Positions 8,804 to 16,667 of a DNA stretch of 33,906 nt are shown piece after piece (position 1 is the first letter of the stretch; every line of letters begins with the position of its first letter). Source of the DNA: Acidimicrobiales bacterium. GTDB taxonomy: Bacteria > Actinomycetota > Acidimicrobiia > Acidimicrobiales > JAJPHE01. A model generated the notes under the pieces. That model ran no database searches, was not told the DNA's origin, and worked only from the letters and a program-made list of their open reading frames with translations. A program made the position numbers and the translations under genes. Location of the stretch: assembly GCA_036273495.1 (NCBI GenBank), contig DASUHN010000370.1:1-33906 (forward strand), in the 5' to 3' direction.

Positions 8804-9807
8804 ACGACCTGTCCGATCGGGAGCTCACCGGGCTGCTGCGGGGTTCCCTGGCCGAGCCGGCGGGGTCTCCGACTCCGGGAGAGCTGGTGGCGCTGCGAAG
8901 CAGCTATGCCGAGTCGCGCCGGACCCGGCGCGGCGTGAGGTGGCAGCTGCTGCGACCGGTCCCGGTCTTCGCCGCCGCCGTCATCGGACTCGGCACCTCG
9001 ACGGCCGCCGCGGCCGCCGCCGGCGTCGCCTTGCCGGCACCGATCCGGGCGGCAGCCGTGGCCGTCGGTCTGCCCGTCGACGACTCCGCCGTAGCCGCGG
9101 CCCGGTCGCAGATGGACGATCTGCGCCGGGCGCTGGAGCAGCGGGACGCCCGGGAGCTCTCCACTGGCTCGGTGGCTCTGCGCGGGGACCTGGCCCACAT
9201 GCCGGCGGACGACCGGGCTGAGTTGTCGGGGAGCGCCACGGCGCTTCTGGCGGGCGCAGAGCGGGAGTTGAGGGCACCCTCCGAGGGAAGGGCGGGAGGT
9301 GCGGGGACCGGGTCTCCGTCCGCCGGTCACGAGCGCCCCAAGGGAGACCTGTCCGGTTCCGGCGGGCGCGACTCCGGATCGGTTTCAGGTGATGGAGATC
9401 GCAGCGGTGGAGGCGACGGAGGCGGGTCGGTGCGCGGGGGCGGTGGGTCGGACGGGTCGGCTCCTTCCGGGTCGGACGGGTCGGACGGGTCGGACGGGTC
9501 GGATAACGGGACCGGCAACGGTGTCCCGACCGGCTCCGACGGCGGGAACTCGTCGAGCTCGACGGCCACAACCACCGTGTCGTCGTCGGGCGGTCCAGGC
9601 GGATCGCAGACGGGTGGCGCCGACGGTGGATCAGGAGGATCCGACGGCGGATCGAGCGGCGTGTCCACCAGCGGATCGGACGGCGGATCGGGTGGGGTGT
9701 CCACCGACGGAGGATCGGGCAGCACCGACGGGGGCGGGTCCGGAGGCGGGAGCGGCTCGACGAGCGGTTCGGACGGTGGCAGCTCGGACGGTTCTTCCGG
9801 AGGATGA
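8800..9807 (+). CDS. single-pass membrane protein translationally coupled to the ECF sigma; putative non-ZAS anti-sigma factor with a Gly/Ser/Asp-rich C-terminal tail
   Basis: GTG at 8800 overlaps the sigma stop as GTGA. A short N-terminal segment is followed by a TM helix (LLRPVPVFAAAVIGLGTSTAAAAAAGVAL), a helical region and about 120 aa of G/S/D low complexity. No HxxxCxxC motif is present. The anti-sigma role is inferred from position and topology only. Confidence 0.65.
   Translation: MNDLSDRELTGLLRGSLAEPAGSPTPGELVALRSSYAESRRTRRGVRWQLLRPVPVFAAAVIGLGTSTAAAAAAGVALPAPIRAAAVAVGLPVDDSAVAAARSQMDDLRRALEQRDARELSTGSVALRGDLAHMPADDRAELSGSATALLAGAERELRAPSEGRAGGAGTGSPSAGHERPKGDLSGSGGRDSGSVSGDGDRSGGGDGGGSVRGGGGSDGSAPSGSDGSDGSDGSDNGTGNGVPTGSDGGNSSSSTATTTVSSSGGPGGSQTGGADGGSGGSDGGSSGVSTSGSDGGSGGVSTDGGSGSTDGGGSGGGSGSTSGSDGGSSDGSSGG
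9469..9504 (+). repeat. 4 tandem copies of the 9-nt unit GGGTCGGAC (last copy GGGTCGGAT), in frame, encoding (GSD)4
   Basis: Read directly: gggtcggac gggtcggac gggtcggac gggtcggat. Related copies occur at 9445-9462. Confidence 0.9.
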
Positions 9808-9818
9808 AGCCCGGAGTC

Positions 9819-9844
9819 GTGACGCGCAGCTGTCGGCGTCGTTA
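9819..9844 (+). promoter_or_regulatory. candidate ECF-type promoter (GTGAC-N16-CGTTA) upstream of the secreted acidic protein gene
   Basis: cGTGAC (9819-9823), a 16-nt spacer and CGTTA (9840-9844) sit at the edge of a locally lower-GC stretch, about 35 nt upstream of the TTG start at 9878. It resembles GGAAC/GTAAC-N16-17-CGT-type ECF promoters. There is no experimental support. Confidence 0.25.
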
Positions 9845-9877
9845 GCACTACGACATCACTCCTGAAAGGGGATCGTC

Positions 9878-10633
9878 TTGAGACTTCGCACTGCATCGGC
9901 CGCCGCCGCAGCCGTTCTCGGCCTGGCCGTCACGGCACCCGTGGCGGCTCTGGCCGACTCCTCACCCAGCGCCGCGCCCACCGTGACGCAGAGCCCGTCG
10001 ACCTTCACGGTCGACCTCCCCGGCGTGGGGAGCCTCACCTTCACCGTCGATCCCGCCACCGGGGCGCTGTCCAACCTCGTGGCGACGGCCGACAGCGGGT
10101 TCACCGCCGGAACGCCGCAGCTGACGGACGAGGGAGTCCAGGTCAGCTTCACCAACGCGTCGGGAGCACCGACGGTGCTCCAGGCCGAGGTGGAGAGGGA
10201 GGACGGCACGGTCAAGGTGAAGCCCGAGGTCGACAACGACAACGACCACGACGGCGCCGTCACCCCCGCCAATGCCACCGGGAAGGACGCCGACGAGACG
10301 GCAACCGACGATGACTCCCAGGACGCCGCCGAGCAGGCCGCACCCGCCAGGGCGGACGAGGCCAACGAGAACGAGGCCAACGACAATGAGGCCAACGAGA
10401 CCCAGGCCAACCAGAACCAGGCCGACGACGGGGGCCACGACGGGCAGCCGGCCCCTGCGCCGGCCATGACCACCGGGACGGGGTCACAGACGACGACGGT
10501 CAGCTCGTCCGACGGTGACGGTTCGGGAGGACGCGACGGCGGGTCGGCCACCAACGACGGGTCCGGTGACGGGCACGACGGCTCGGGCGGCCACGACGGC
10601 GGCAGCTCCGGTGATGGTGGGAGCGGGAGCTGA
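9878..10633 (+). CDS. secreted acidic low-complexity protein of unknown function
   Basis: SD AAAGGGGA lies upstream of TTG 9878. The signal peptide is MRLRTASAAAAAVLGLAVTAPVAALA|DS. A beta-rich approximately 90-aa region is followed by (E/Q)AN(E/D/Q)N repeats and a G/S/D/H-rich tail. Confidence 0.75.
   Translation: MRLRTASAAAAAVLGLAVTAPVAALADSSPSAAPTVTQSPSTFTVDLPGVGSLTFTVDPATGALSNLVATADSGFTAGTPQLTDEGVQVSFTNASGAPTVLQAEVEREDGTVKVKPEVDNDNDHDGAVTPANATGKDADETATDDDSQDAAEQAAPARADEANENEANDNEANETQANQNQADDGGHDGQPAPAPAMTTGTGSQTTTVSSSDGDGSGGRDGGSATNDGSGDGHDGSGGHDGGSSGDGGSGS
10358..10432 (+). repeat. 5 degenerate tandem 15-nt units (GAGGCCAACGAGAAC-like) encoding EANEN-EANDN-EANET-QANQN-QADDG
   Basis: Read directly from the sequence; the units are in frame within the 9878-10633 CDS. 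Confidence 0.8.
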
Positions 10634-10674
10634 CCCGGACCACCCCCTCGACAGAGGAGAGAGCGGCCGGCGCC

Positions 10675-11316
10675 AAATGGCGCCGGCCGTTCAGCCATGT
10701 AGCCGTCCTCGGCGCCGCGGCAATCGGAGCGGCGGCGTGTGGTTCCGGAAGTCCAGCGGCGGCGACGCACCCGGCCGCAGGTGGAGCGTCGCCGGAGACG
10801 GAGCTGCGCGCCGCGGCGCGTGCCATGCAGTCCGCGCCCAGCTACGTGTTCTCGGGAGACGTGGCGGTCGGAGCGAGCAGTGTCCGCATCAGCGGCCGGT
10901 TCCAGGCGCCGAACCGCATCGCCGAGACGATCCAGGTCCCGGGGCGCGCCACCGTCGACGCGGTGCTGGTCGGACCCACCACCTTCGTGCGCGATCCGGC
11001 GTCGGGAGCGTGGCAGCGGACGACGGGCACGGGGGCCGGCGCCGATCCGAGAGCCGCCTTCTCGGTCCTCCTGCAGGCGTCGGTGGTGAGCCGGTCGGGC
11101 GGCACCTACCAGCTCTCCGTCCCGGCCGGGGCGGCGGCACACCTGCTCGACGCGTCGGTGCCCACCGGCCCGGCCGCCGCATCCGCCCGGCTGAGCGGGA
11201 CCGAGATCCTCCATCTGGAGGTGCGGTTCCCGAGCCGGAACCCACCGCTCACGATGGCGCTCGACTACAGCTCGATCGGCGTGGCGCCGCCGGTCACGGT
11301 GCCCCCTGTCACCTGA
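10675..11316 (+). CDS. lipoprotein, LolA/LppX-like fold (tentative), lacking an in-frame canonical start
   Basis: Frame 1 reads KWRRPFSHVAVLGAAAIGAAAC|GSGS (lipobox) followed by good coding to TGA at 11316. The first in-frame ATG/GTG/TTG is at 10825, downstream of the signal peptide. The ATG at 10677 is one nucleotide out of frame. The canonical-start version would be 10825-11316. Confidence 0.6.
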   Translation, partial: KWRRPFSHVAVLGAAAIGAAACGSGSPAAATHPAAGGASPETELRAAARAMQSAPSYVFSGDVAVGASSVRISGRFQAPNRIAETIQVPGRATVDAVLVGPTTFVRDPASGAWQRTTGTGAGADPRAAFSVLLQASVVSRSGGTYQLSVPAGAAAHLLDASVPTGPAAASARLSGTEILHLEVRFPSRNPPLTMALDYSSIGVAPPVTVPPVT

Positions 11317-11321
11317 GGCGG

Positions 11322-12260
11322 TCAGCTCTCCCGGTACGCCGCCTCGAAGAAAGATGACAGGGCAAAGGCCGACAGGCCCGCGGCAACCAGCGCCAGCACG
11401 GGGCGGCCGGACCAGTGGCCGCGCAGCAGCCGTAGGGCCCCGTCGAGATCCTTGGCATCGTGAGCGCTGCCGGTCACGGCGGCCATGACGAAGCTGGCTC
11501 CCACGGCGGCGAAGACCAGACCCCGCACGACGTGGCCCGCCGTCTCGACCACCCGCACGACCGGCACGATCGGCTTGGGCAGGGCGTCGCGGTCCAGGTA
11601 GGTCTCGAAACGCTGGAGGACCGCCCACACCATCAGGCCCAGGCCCCCGCCGGCCGCGGCCAGGCCGGCGACGGCCAGGAGCACCCGCCCGCCGGGGTGG
11701 GCCAGGGCCGTGCGGGACAGCGACGAGGCGCCCTCCGACTGCGACCCCCCGCCGACGAGGAGAGCCACCGCCTGTCCCGTCAGACCGAGATACGCCACCC
11801 CGATCAAGGCCCACCCCGCTCTCTTGGCGGCATCGGCCGGAGCGGAAGCGTCCCGGTCCCCGGCGGCGGCCTGGAGGAAGCGCCAGGCGGCGTACGCCAA
11901 CAGGCCCACGGCCAGGAGGCCGAGGAGCTCGACCCCTCCCGGCTGGCGCCGCAGCTCCTCCAGCGCGCCCTGGGTGTCGGCCGGCTTGCCCCGGGCCCCG
12001 GATGCGGCGATGTCAGCGGCGAGGTAGGCCAGCAGCAGATACACGGCGCCCCGCGCCGCGACGGTGGTCCGTGCCAGCCGGGCGACCAGCGGACGCGACT
12101 TGGCCCGGCGGGCCCGGCGCTGGGTGCGGCGGGCGGCGCCCGCCCCCCGGGCGGAGGCGGTACGGCCCGCCTTCCGGGCCTGGCGCTTCGCTGTGGTCGT
12201 CGCCGGCGTTGGTGCGTCCTCCTCGTCGACCCGACCATTCCCTGCGGCGACCCTGCCCAT
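11322..12260 (-). CDS. DUF1206 domain-containing membrane protein
   Basis: Three repeated two-TM modules ([16 protein letters not shown]..., [20 protein letters not shown]..., [19 protein letters not shown]...) follow a basic approximately 60-aa N-terminal extension. ATG at 12260. Confidence 0.8.
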   Translation of the reverse strand: MGRVAAGNGRVDEEDAPTPATTTAKRQARKAGRTASARGAGAARRTQRRARRAKSRPLVARLARTTVAARGAVYLLLAYLAADIAASGARGKPADTQGALEELRRQPGGVELLGLLAVGLLAYAAWRFLQAAAGDRDASAPADAAKRAGWALIGVAYLGLTGQAVALLVGGGSQSEGASSLSRTALAHPGGRVLLAVAGLAAAGGGLGLMVWAVLQRFETYLDRDALPKPIVPVVRVVETAGHVVRGLVFAAVGASFVMAAVTGSAHDAKDLDGALRLLRGHWSGRPVLALVAAGLSAFALSSFFEAAYRES

Positions 12261-12325
12261 CCGGACCGCGTGCGTCGGGGCACCCGCGTCTGGCGGACGC
12301 GCGGGGACAGGTGTTTGACTGGCTT

Positions 12326-12419
12326 CGAGCAGGGGAGCCCGGCGGCACCGGGCTGAGAGGTCGGCTGGGTGGCCGACGACCCGTTGAACCTGATCCGGGT
12401 AATCCCGGCGGAGGGAGCG
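12326..12419 (+). promoter_or_regulatory. TPP (THI-box) riboswitch
   Basis: AGGGGAGCC...GGGCUGAGAGG...GACCCGUUGAACCUGAUCCGGGUAAUCCCGGCGGAGGGAG matches the conserved THI element (CUGAGA and ACCUGAUCYGGRUAAURCCRGCG cores). It lies directly upstream of thiD. Confidence 0.9.
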
Positions 12420-12424
12420 TGGAG

Positions 12425-13252
12425 GTGCCAGAGCGGAGGGGACCCGGCGGGCAACCGCCCGTGGCGCTAACCATCGCCGGCTCCGACTCGGGGGGCGGGG
12501 CCGGGCTCCAGGCGGACCTGAAGGCCTTTGCCGCCAACGGGGTGTTCGGGGCGTCGGTGGTCACGGCGGTGACGGCCCAGAACACCCGGAAGGTGGCGGC
12601 CGTCGTGGCCATGGAGCCGGATTTCGTCGAGGCCCAGCTCGACGCCGTGCTGTCGGATCTGCCGGTCGCGGCGGTGAAGACGGGCATGCTGGCCACGGCC
12701 GGCATCGTGCGGGCGGTCGGCCGGCGCGCCCGGGCCGGCGAGCTCCCCAATCTGGTGGTGGACCCGGTGATGGTGGCGTCCAGCGGGGACCGGCTCCTCG
12801 ACGAGGACGCCGTGGACGCCTACCGGGAGGAGCTGTTCCCGGCGGCGTTGCTCATCACCCCCAACCTGCGGGAGGCCGGGCTCCTGGTGGGGCGTGCGCT
12901 GGCCGGGCCGGACGACATGGAGCGGGCCGCCCGGCAGCTGGGCGAGGCCGGTCCCGCCTACGTGCTGGTCAAGGGCGGCCATCTTTCGGGTGACGCCGTG
13001 GACGTGCTGTACGACGGCCGGACGTGCACGGAGTTGCGCGCCACGCGGGTGCAGACCGCCAACGTCCATGGGACCGGCTGCACCCTTGCCGCCACCGTGG
13101 CCGCCGGCCTGGCCCGGGGGCGCGACGTCCCCACCGCGGTGAGCGAGGCCAAGAGCTTCGTCACCGGGGCCATCCAGGGCTCGGCCGGGTGGCACCTGGG
13201 CGAGGGCCACGGTCCGTTGGACCATTTCGGCTGGGGCCCCCGCACCTCGTGA
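12425..13252 (+). CDS. thiD: hydroxymethylpyrimidine/phosphomethylpyrimidine kinase
   Basis: [34 protein letters not shown] and HGTGCTLAA are present. GTG at 12425 lies 7 nt after GGAGGGAG; alternative starts are 12419 and 12461. Confidence 0.9.
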   Translation: MPERRGPGGQPPVALTIAGSDSGGGAGLQADLKAFAANGVFGASVVTAVTAQNTRKVAAVVAMEPDFVEAQLDAVLSDLPVAAVKTGMLATAGIVRAVGRRARAGELPNLVVDPVMVASSGDRLLDEDAVDAYREELFPAALLITPNLREAGLLVGRALAGPDDMERAARQLGEAGPAYVLVKGGHLSGDAVDVLYDGRTCTELRATRVQTANVHGTGCTLAATVAAGLARGRDVPTAVSEAKSFVTGAIQGSAGWHLGEGHGPLDHFGWGPRTS

Positions 13253-14706
13253 GCGCCGCCCCGGCCTCCGTGGTCGACGACGGGACCATCGGCATCGAAC
13301 CGGCGCCGGCCGGGCTCCGCCGGCTGTCCGGCGTCGATCTCACCGTGCTGTGGGGGGACCTGGCCGTCGGCGTCCTCGTGCTGGCCGCCGGCGCCCTGCT
13401 GGTTGCTCCCGCCAGCGCCTCCGGACTGGGGATGGACCCGCGGCGGGCCCTCTGGGCCATCCTCATCGGATCGGCCGCCGGCTCGCTGCTCCTGGCGTCG
13501 GTCGGCGTCCTCGGCCACGACCGCGGCGTGCCCACCATGGCGCTGCTGCGCCCGGTCCTCGGGCGCTACGGGAGCTGGCTCGCATCCGGCGTGAACGTGG
13601 CCCAGCTCCTGGGCTGGACGGCCTTCGAGTTCTGGGCCATGGCGCAGTTCGCCAGCCGGGTGTCGCGCACGGTGTTCGGCTTCTCGGGCTTCTACCTGTG
13701 GCTGGCGGTGATGGCCGGGACCTGCACCGGCCTGGCGCTCCTCGGCCCGATCCGGTTCGTGCGGGTGTGGTTGAAGCGCGCCGGGGTCTGGATCGTCCTC
13801 GGGCTGTGCGGCTATCTGACCGTCTACCTCCTCGTGAAGCACCCGGTCGGCGGCCTGCTCTCCCGCCCCCGGAGGGGAGCGCCGCTGCTGGTGGGCGTCG
13901 ACCTCGTCATCTCCCAGCCGGTGTCGTGGCTCCCCCTCGTGGCGGACTACACCCGCTTCTCGTCCGGCCGCCGCCAGGCGCTCGGGGGCACCTGGGCCGG
14001 ATACGCCCTCGGCAACACCTGGTTCTACGGCCTCGGCGCCCTGCTGGTGTTGTCGGCCCGGCTGTCCGACGCCTCCCCCGCCGGCATCGCCGCATCGGTC
14101 CTCGGCCTCTCGGCCAGCGTCGCCACCGGGGTCGTGGTACTCGTCGCACTTCTGGGTGGGGAGACGCACGAGGCCTTCGCCGACATCTATTCCGCCGCCA
14201 TGTCCGCCCGCAACATCGGCCCCCGCCTCAACCATCGCTGGAGCGTGCTGGTCGTGGCGGCCATCGGCACCACCGTGGCCGCCCTCGTGACCCTGGGGAG
14301 CTACGAGGCCTTCCTGTTCCTGTTGGGGTCGGTCTTCGTCCCCCTGTTCGCCGTCCTGCTGGCCGACTGGGCGCGCTCGGCACGGGACCGCACCGCGTCC
14401 GGACCGGAGGAGGAGACGAGGTGGCGCCCGACCATGCTGGGCGCCTGGCTGCTCGGGATCGCCTTCTACCACTGGCTGCTTCCGGCCGGCACCATGCCCG
14501 CCTGGTGGACCCGCGACGTGATGAGCCACCTGCCGAGGGCGGGTCTGCACAGCGGCTGGGGGGCATCCCTGCCGTGCTTCCTGGTGACCTTCGCGCTGGC
14601 CTTCCTGCTCGGAACGCTCGGCTCCGCCATCCGGCGCTCCGGCTCACCGGGGCGCGGTGAGGTGCACCTCCGTGCGGTAGGGGAGGGGGAACGACTCCCC
14701 GACTGA
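13249..14706 (+). CDS. cytX: NCS1 / purine-cytosine permease family transporter; putative hydroxymethylpyrimidine transporter CytX
   Basis: The GTG start overlaps the thiD stop as GTGA. The protein is a 485-aa polytopic membrane protein. The substrate assignment comes from thiD and TPP-riboswitch context, not from sequence alone. Confidence 0.75.
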   Translation: MSAAPASVVDDGTIGIEPAPAGLRRLSGVDLTVLWGDLAVGVLVLAAGALLVAPASASGLGMDPRRALWAILIGSAAGSLLLASVGVLGHDRGVPTMALLRPVLGRYGSWLASGVNVAQLLGWTAFEFWAMAQFASRVSRTVFGFSGFYLWLAVMAGTCTGLALLGPIRFVRVWLKRAGVWIVLGLCGYLTVYLLVKHPVGGLLSRPRRGAPLLVGVDLVISQPVSWLPLVADYTRFSSGRRQALGGTWAGYALGNTWFYGLGALLVLSARLSDASPAGIAASVLGLSASVATGVVVLVALLGGETHEAFADIYSAAMSARNIGPRLNHRWSVLVVAAIGTTVAALVTLGSYEAFLFLLGSVFVPLFAVLLADWARSARDRTASGPEEETRWRPTMLGAWLLGIAFYHWLLPAGTMPAWWTRDVMSHLPRAGLHSGWGASLPCFLVTFALAFLLGTLGSAIRRSGSPGRGEVHLRAVGEGERLPD

Positions 14707-15387
14707 CCTCCCCAGGTCGCGGACCCGGCTGAGCACCTCGTCGCGAGCGGCCGGATCCATGGCACCGACGAAGCTCATCGAGGCGGCCCGGGCCACCAGC
14801 AGGTCCGGGGTCATGGGCTGGTCGTGACGGAACGTCGTGGTCTCCAGAGGACCGAGGGGGCTTCGGGCCGAGAACACCGCCCGCCAGTCTCCGCCATTGT
14901 GGTCGGGCCGGTCTCCCTCGTAGGGCCGGAGGAGCTCGGTGAAGCCGCGCACCCACGGCACGGAGTTGTCGCGGACGTTCCAGACCAGCGCCAGCCGTCC
15001 GCCCGGTCGCAGCACCCGCGCGAACTCGGCGACCACGGCGTCGGTGGCGAACCAGTGGAAGGCCTGGGCGCACACGACGGCAGCGGCCCGGCCCGACCGT
15101 ACGGGCAAAGCCTCGGCCATCGCCGCGCAGACCAGGGCCGTCCGCGTGCTGGCGCGCAGCTCCGTGCGCATGGCCGCTACCGGCTCCACCGCCACGACCT
15201 CCGCCCCCGCCGCGGCGAGCAGCCGGGTCAGCTTCCCCGTGCCGGCTCCCACGTCAAGGATGGTCCGCCCCGGCCCGAGGGCCAGGTTGTCGACCAGGAA
15301 GGTGACGGCGGCGGGCGGGTAGGACGGACGGGCCTGCTCGTAGTCGGACGCGTTCTGCCCGAATCCCGCCAGCGCCACGGCGTGCAT
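14644..15387 (-). CDS. class I SAM-dependent methyltransferase
   Basis: YEQARPSYP, motif I ILDVGAGTGKLT and a later RPGGRLALVW are present. ATG at 15387 is preferred; GTG at 15417 or 15420 is possible. Confidence 0.85.
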   Translation of the reverse strand: MHAVALAGFGQNASDYEQARPSYPPAAVTFLVDNLALGPGRTILDVGAGTGKLTRLLAAAGAEVVAVEPVAAMRTELRASTRTALVCAAMAEALPVRSGRAAAVVCAQAFHWFATDAVVAEFARVLRPGGRLALVWNVRDNSVPWVRGFTELLRPYEGDRPDHNGGDWRAVFSARSPLGPLETTTFRHDQPMTPDLLVARAASMSFVGAMDPAARDEVLSRVRDLGRSVGESFPLPYRTEVHLTAPR

Positions 15388-15494
15388 CCGGTTGCGCGGA
15401 GCCGGTCGGTCGGCCACGACGCCAAGGTAGCCACGGGAACCCGGTGAAACCCGCACAAAGGCCGGCGGGGGCCCCGCCTCCGGGCAATACCCAT

Positions 15495-15530
15495 TGACAG
15501 AGGAACCCGGGAATGAGGCGAATGCCTCAT
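15495..15530 (+). promoter_or_regulatory. TTGACA hexamer plus a perfect 7-bp palindrome (ATGAGGC-GAAT-GCCTCAT) in a locally AT-richer divergent intergenic region
   Basis: TTGACA lies at 15495-15500 and the palindrome/hairpin at 15513-15530. No convincing -10 box is present at 16-18 nt spacing. Confidence 0.25.
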
Positions 15531-15596
15531 GGCCCTCGAGCCGGGTGCGGTCCACAATCGGGGGTGACGGCGGCGCCGCGACAACCGGAGGGGGAC

Positions 15597-16667
15597 ATGA
15601 CAGGCAGCCAGGTGGACCAGGCCCGGATGGAGCAGTTCATGGGGACCATGGCGGGGTACATGGCCGGAGGGGCCCTGTGCTTCGCCGTCCTGCTGGGGGA
15701 CGAGCTCGGCCTGTACCGGGTGCTGGCGGAGCGGGGCCCGTCGACCGCGGAGGAACTCGCTGCCGGGGCGGGATGCAACGCCCGACTGGTGCGCGAGTGG
15801 CTCGACGGTCAGACCGCGGGCGGCCTGGTCGGCTACGACGCCCGGGAGGACCGGTACACGCTCGCCCCCGAGGCGACCATGGCCCTGGCCGACGACAACA
15901 GCCCGGTCTTCATGGCGCGGGGGATGAACGCCTTCGCGTCGCTCTTCATGGACCTGGAGAAGGTGCTGGCCGCGTTCCGCGGCGACGGGGGCCTCGCCTG
16001 GGGGGATCATCACGACTGCCTGTTCAAGGGAACCGAGTGGTTCTTCCGCACCGGCTACCGCGCCTTCCTCCCGTCGGCCTGGATCCCGTCTCTCGAAGGC
16101 ATGGAGGACAAGCTGCGCGCCGGGGCCCGCGTGGCCGACATCGGCTGCGGGCATGGTGCGTCGGTGGTCGTGATGGCGCAGGCCTACCCCCGCTCGGAGT
16201 TCTGGGGCTTCGACTTCCACGCCCCCTCCGTCGACACCGCCCGCAAGCGGGCCGCCGACGCCGGTGTGAGCGACCGCACGCACTTCGAGGTCGCCTCGGC
16301 CAAGGAGTACCCGGGAACCTACGACCTCGTGTGCTTCTTCGACTGCCTGCACGACATGGGCGATCCGGTAGGCATCGCGTCGTACGCGCGGCAGCACCTG
16401 GCCGACGACGGGACGGTGCTGCTGGTCGAGCCGTTCGCCCTCGACGACCGGACCGCCAACCTCGAAGGCAACCCGATGGCCGCCCTCCTCTACACCGCCT
16501 CGGCGTCGATCTGCACCCCGAACTCGCTCTCCCAGGAGGTCGGTCTCGGCCTCGGTGCGCAGGCCGGGGCGGCCCGGCTGCGGGAGGTGTTCGAGGAGGC
16601 CGGCTTCGCCCGGTTCCGGAAGGCGGCGGAGACGCCCATGAACCTGATCCTCGAGGCCCGCCCCTAG
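15597..16667 (+). CDS. class I SAM-dependent methyltransferase with an N-terminal helical/winged-helix-like domain
   Basis: SD GGAGGGGG lies upstream of ATG 15597. Motif I is VADIGCGHGAS, and DLVCFFDCLHDMGDP follows later. Confidence 0.85.
   Translation: MTGSQVDQARMEQFMGTMAGYMAGGALCFAVLLGDELGLYRVLAERGPSTAEELAAGAGCNARLVREWLDGQTAGGLVGYDAREDRYTLAPEATMALADDNSPVFMARGMNAFASLFMDLEKVLAAFRGDGGLAWGDHHDCLFKGTEWFFRTGYRAFLPSAWIPSLEGMEDKLRAGARVADIGCGHGASVVVMAQAYPRSEFWGFDFHAPSVDTARKRAADAGVSDRTHFEVASAKEYPGTYDLVCFFDCLHDMGDPVGIASYARQHLADDGTVLLVEPFALDDRTANLEGNPMAALLYTASASICTPNSLSQEVGLGLGAQAGAARLREVFEEAGFARFRKAAETPMNLILEARP

Noticed and set aside
9330-9800. Repetitive Gly/Ser/Asp-coding DNA considered as a possible CRISPR array or other non-coding repeat array
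   Set aside because: The repeats are 9 nt long, contiguous without spacers, and in frame within a well-supported ORF. There are no cas genes, so this is coding low complexity rather than CRISPR.
12314-12319. TTGACT -35-like hexamer upstream of the TPP riboswitch
   Set aside because: The matching -10 position would fall inside the aptamer and has no TAnnnT-like sequence, so I do not call a promoter.
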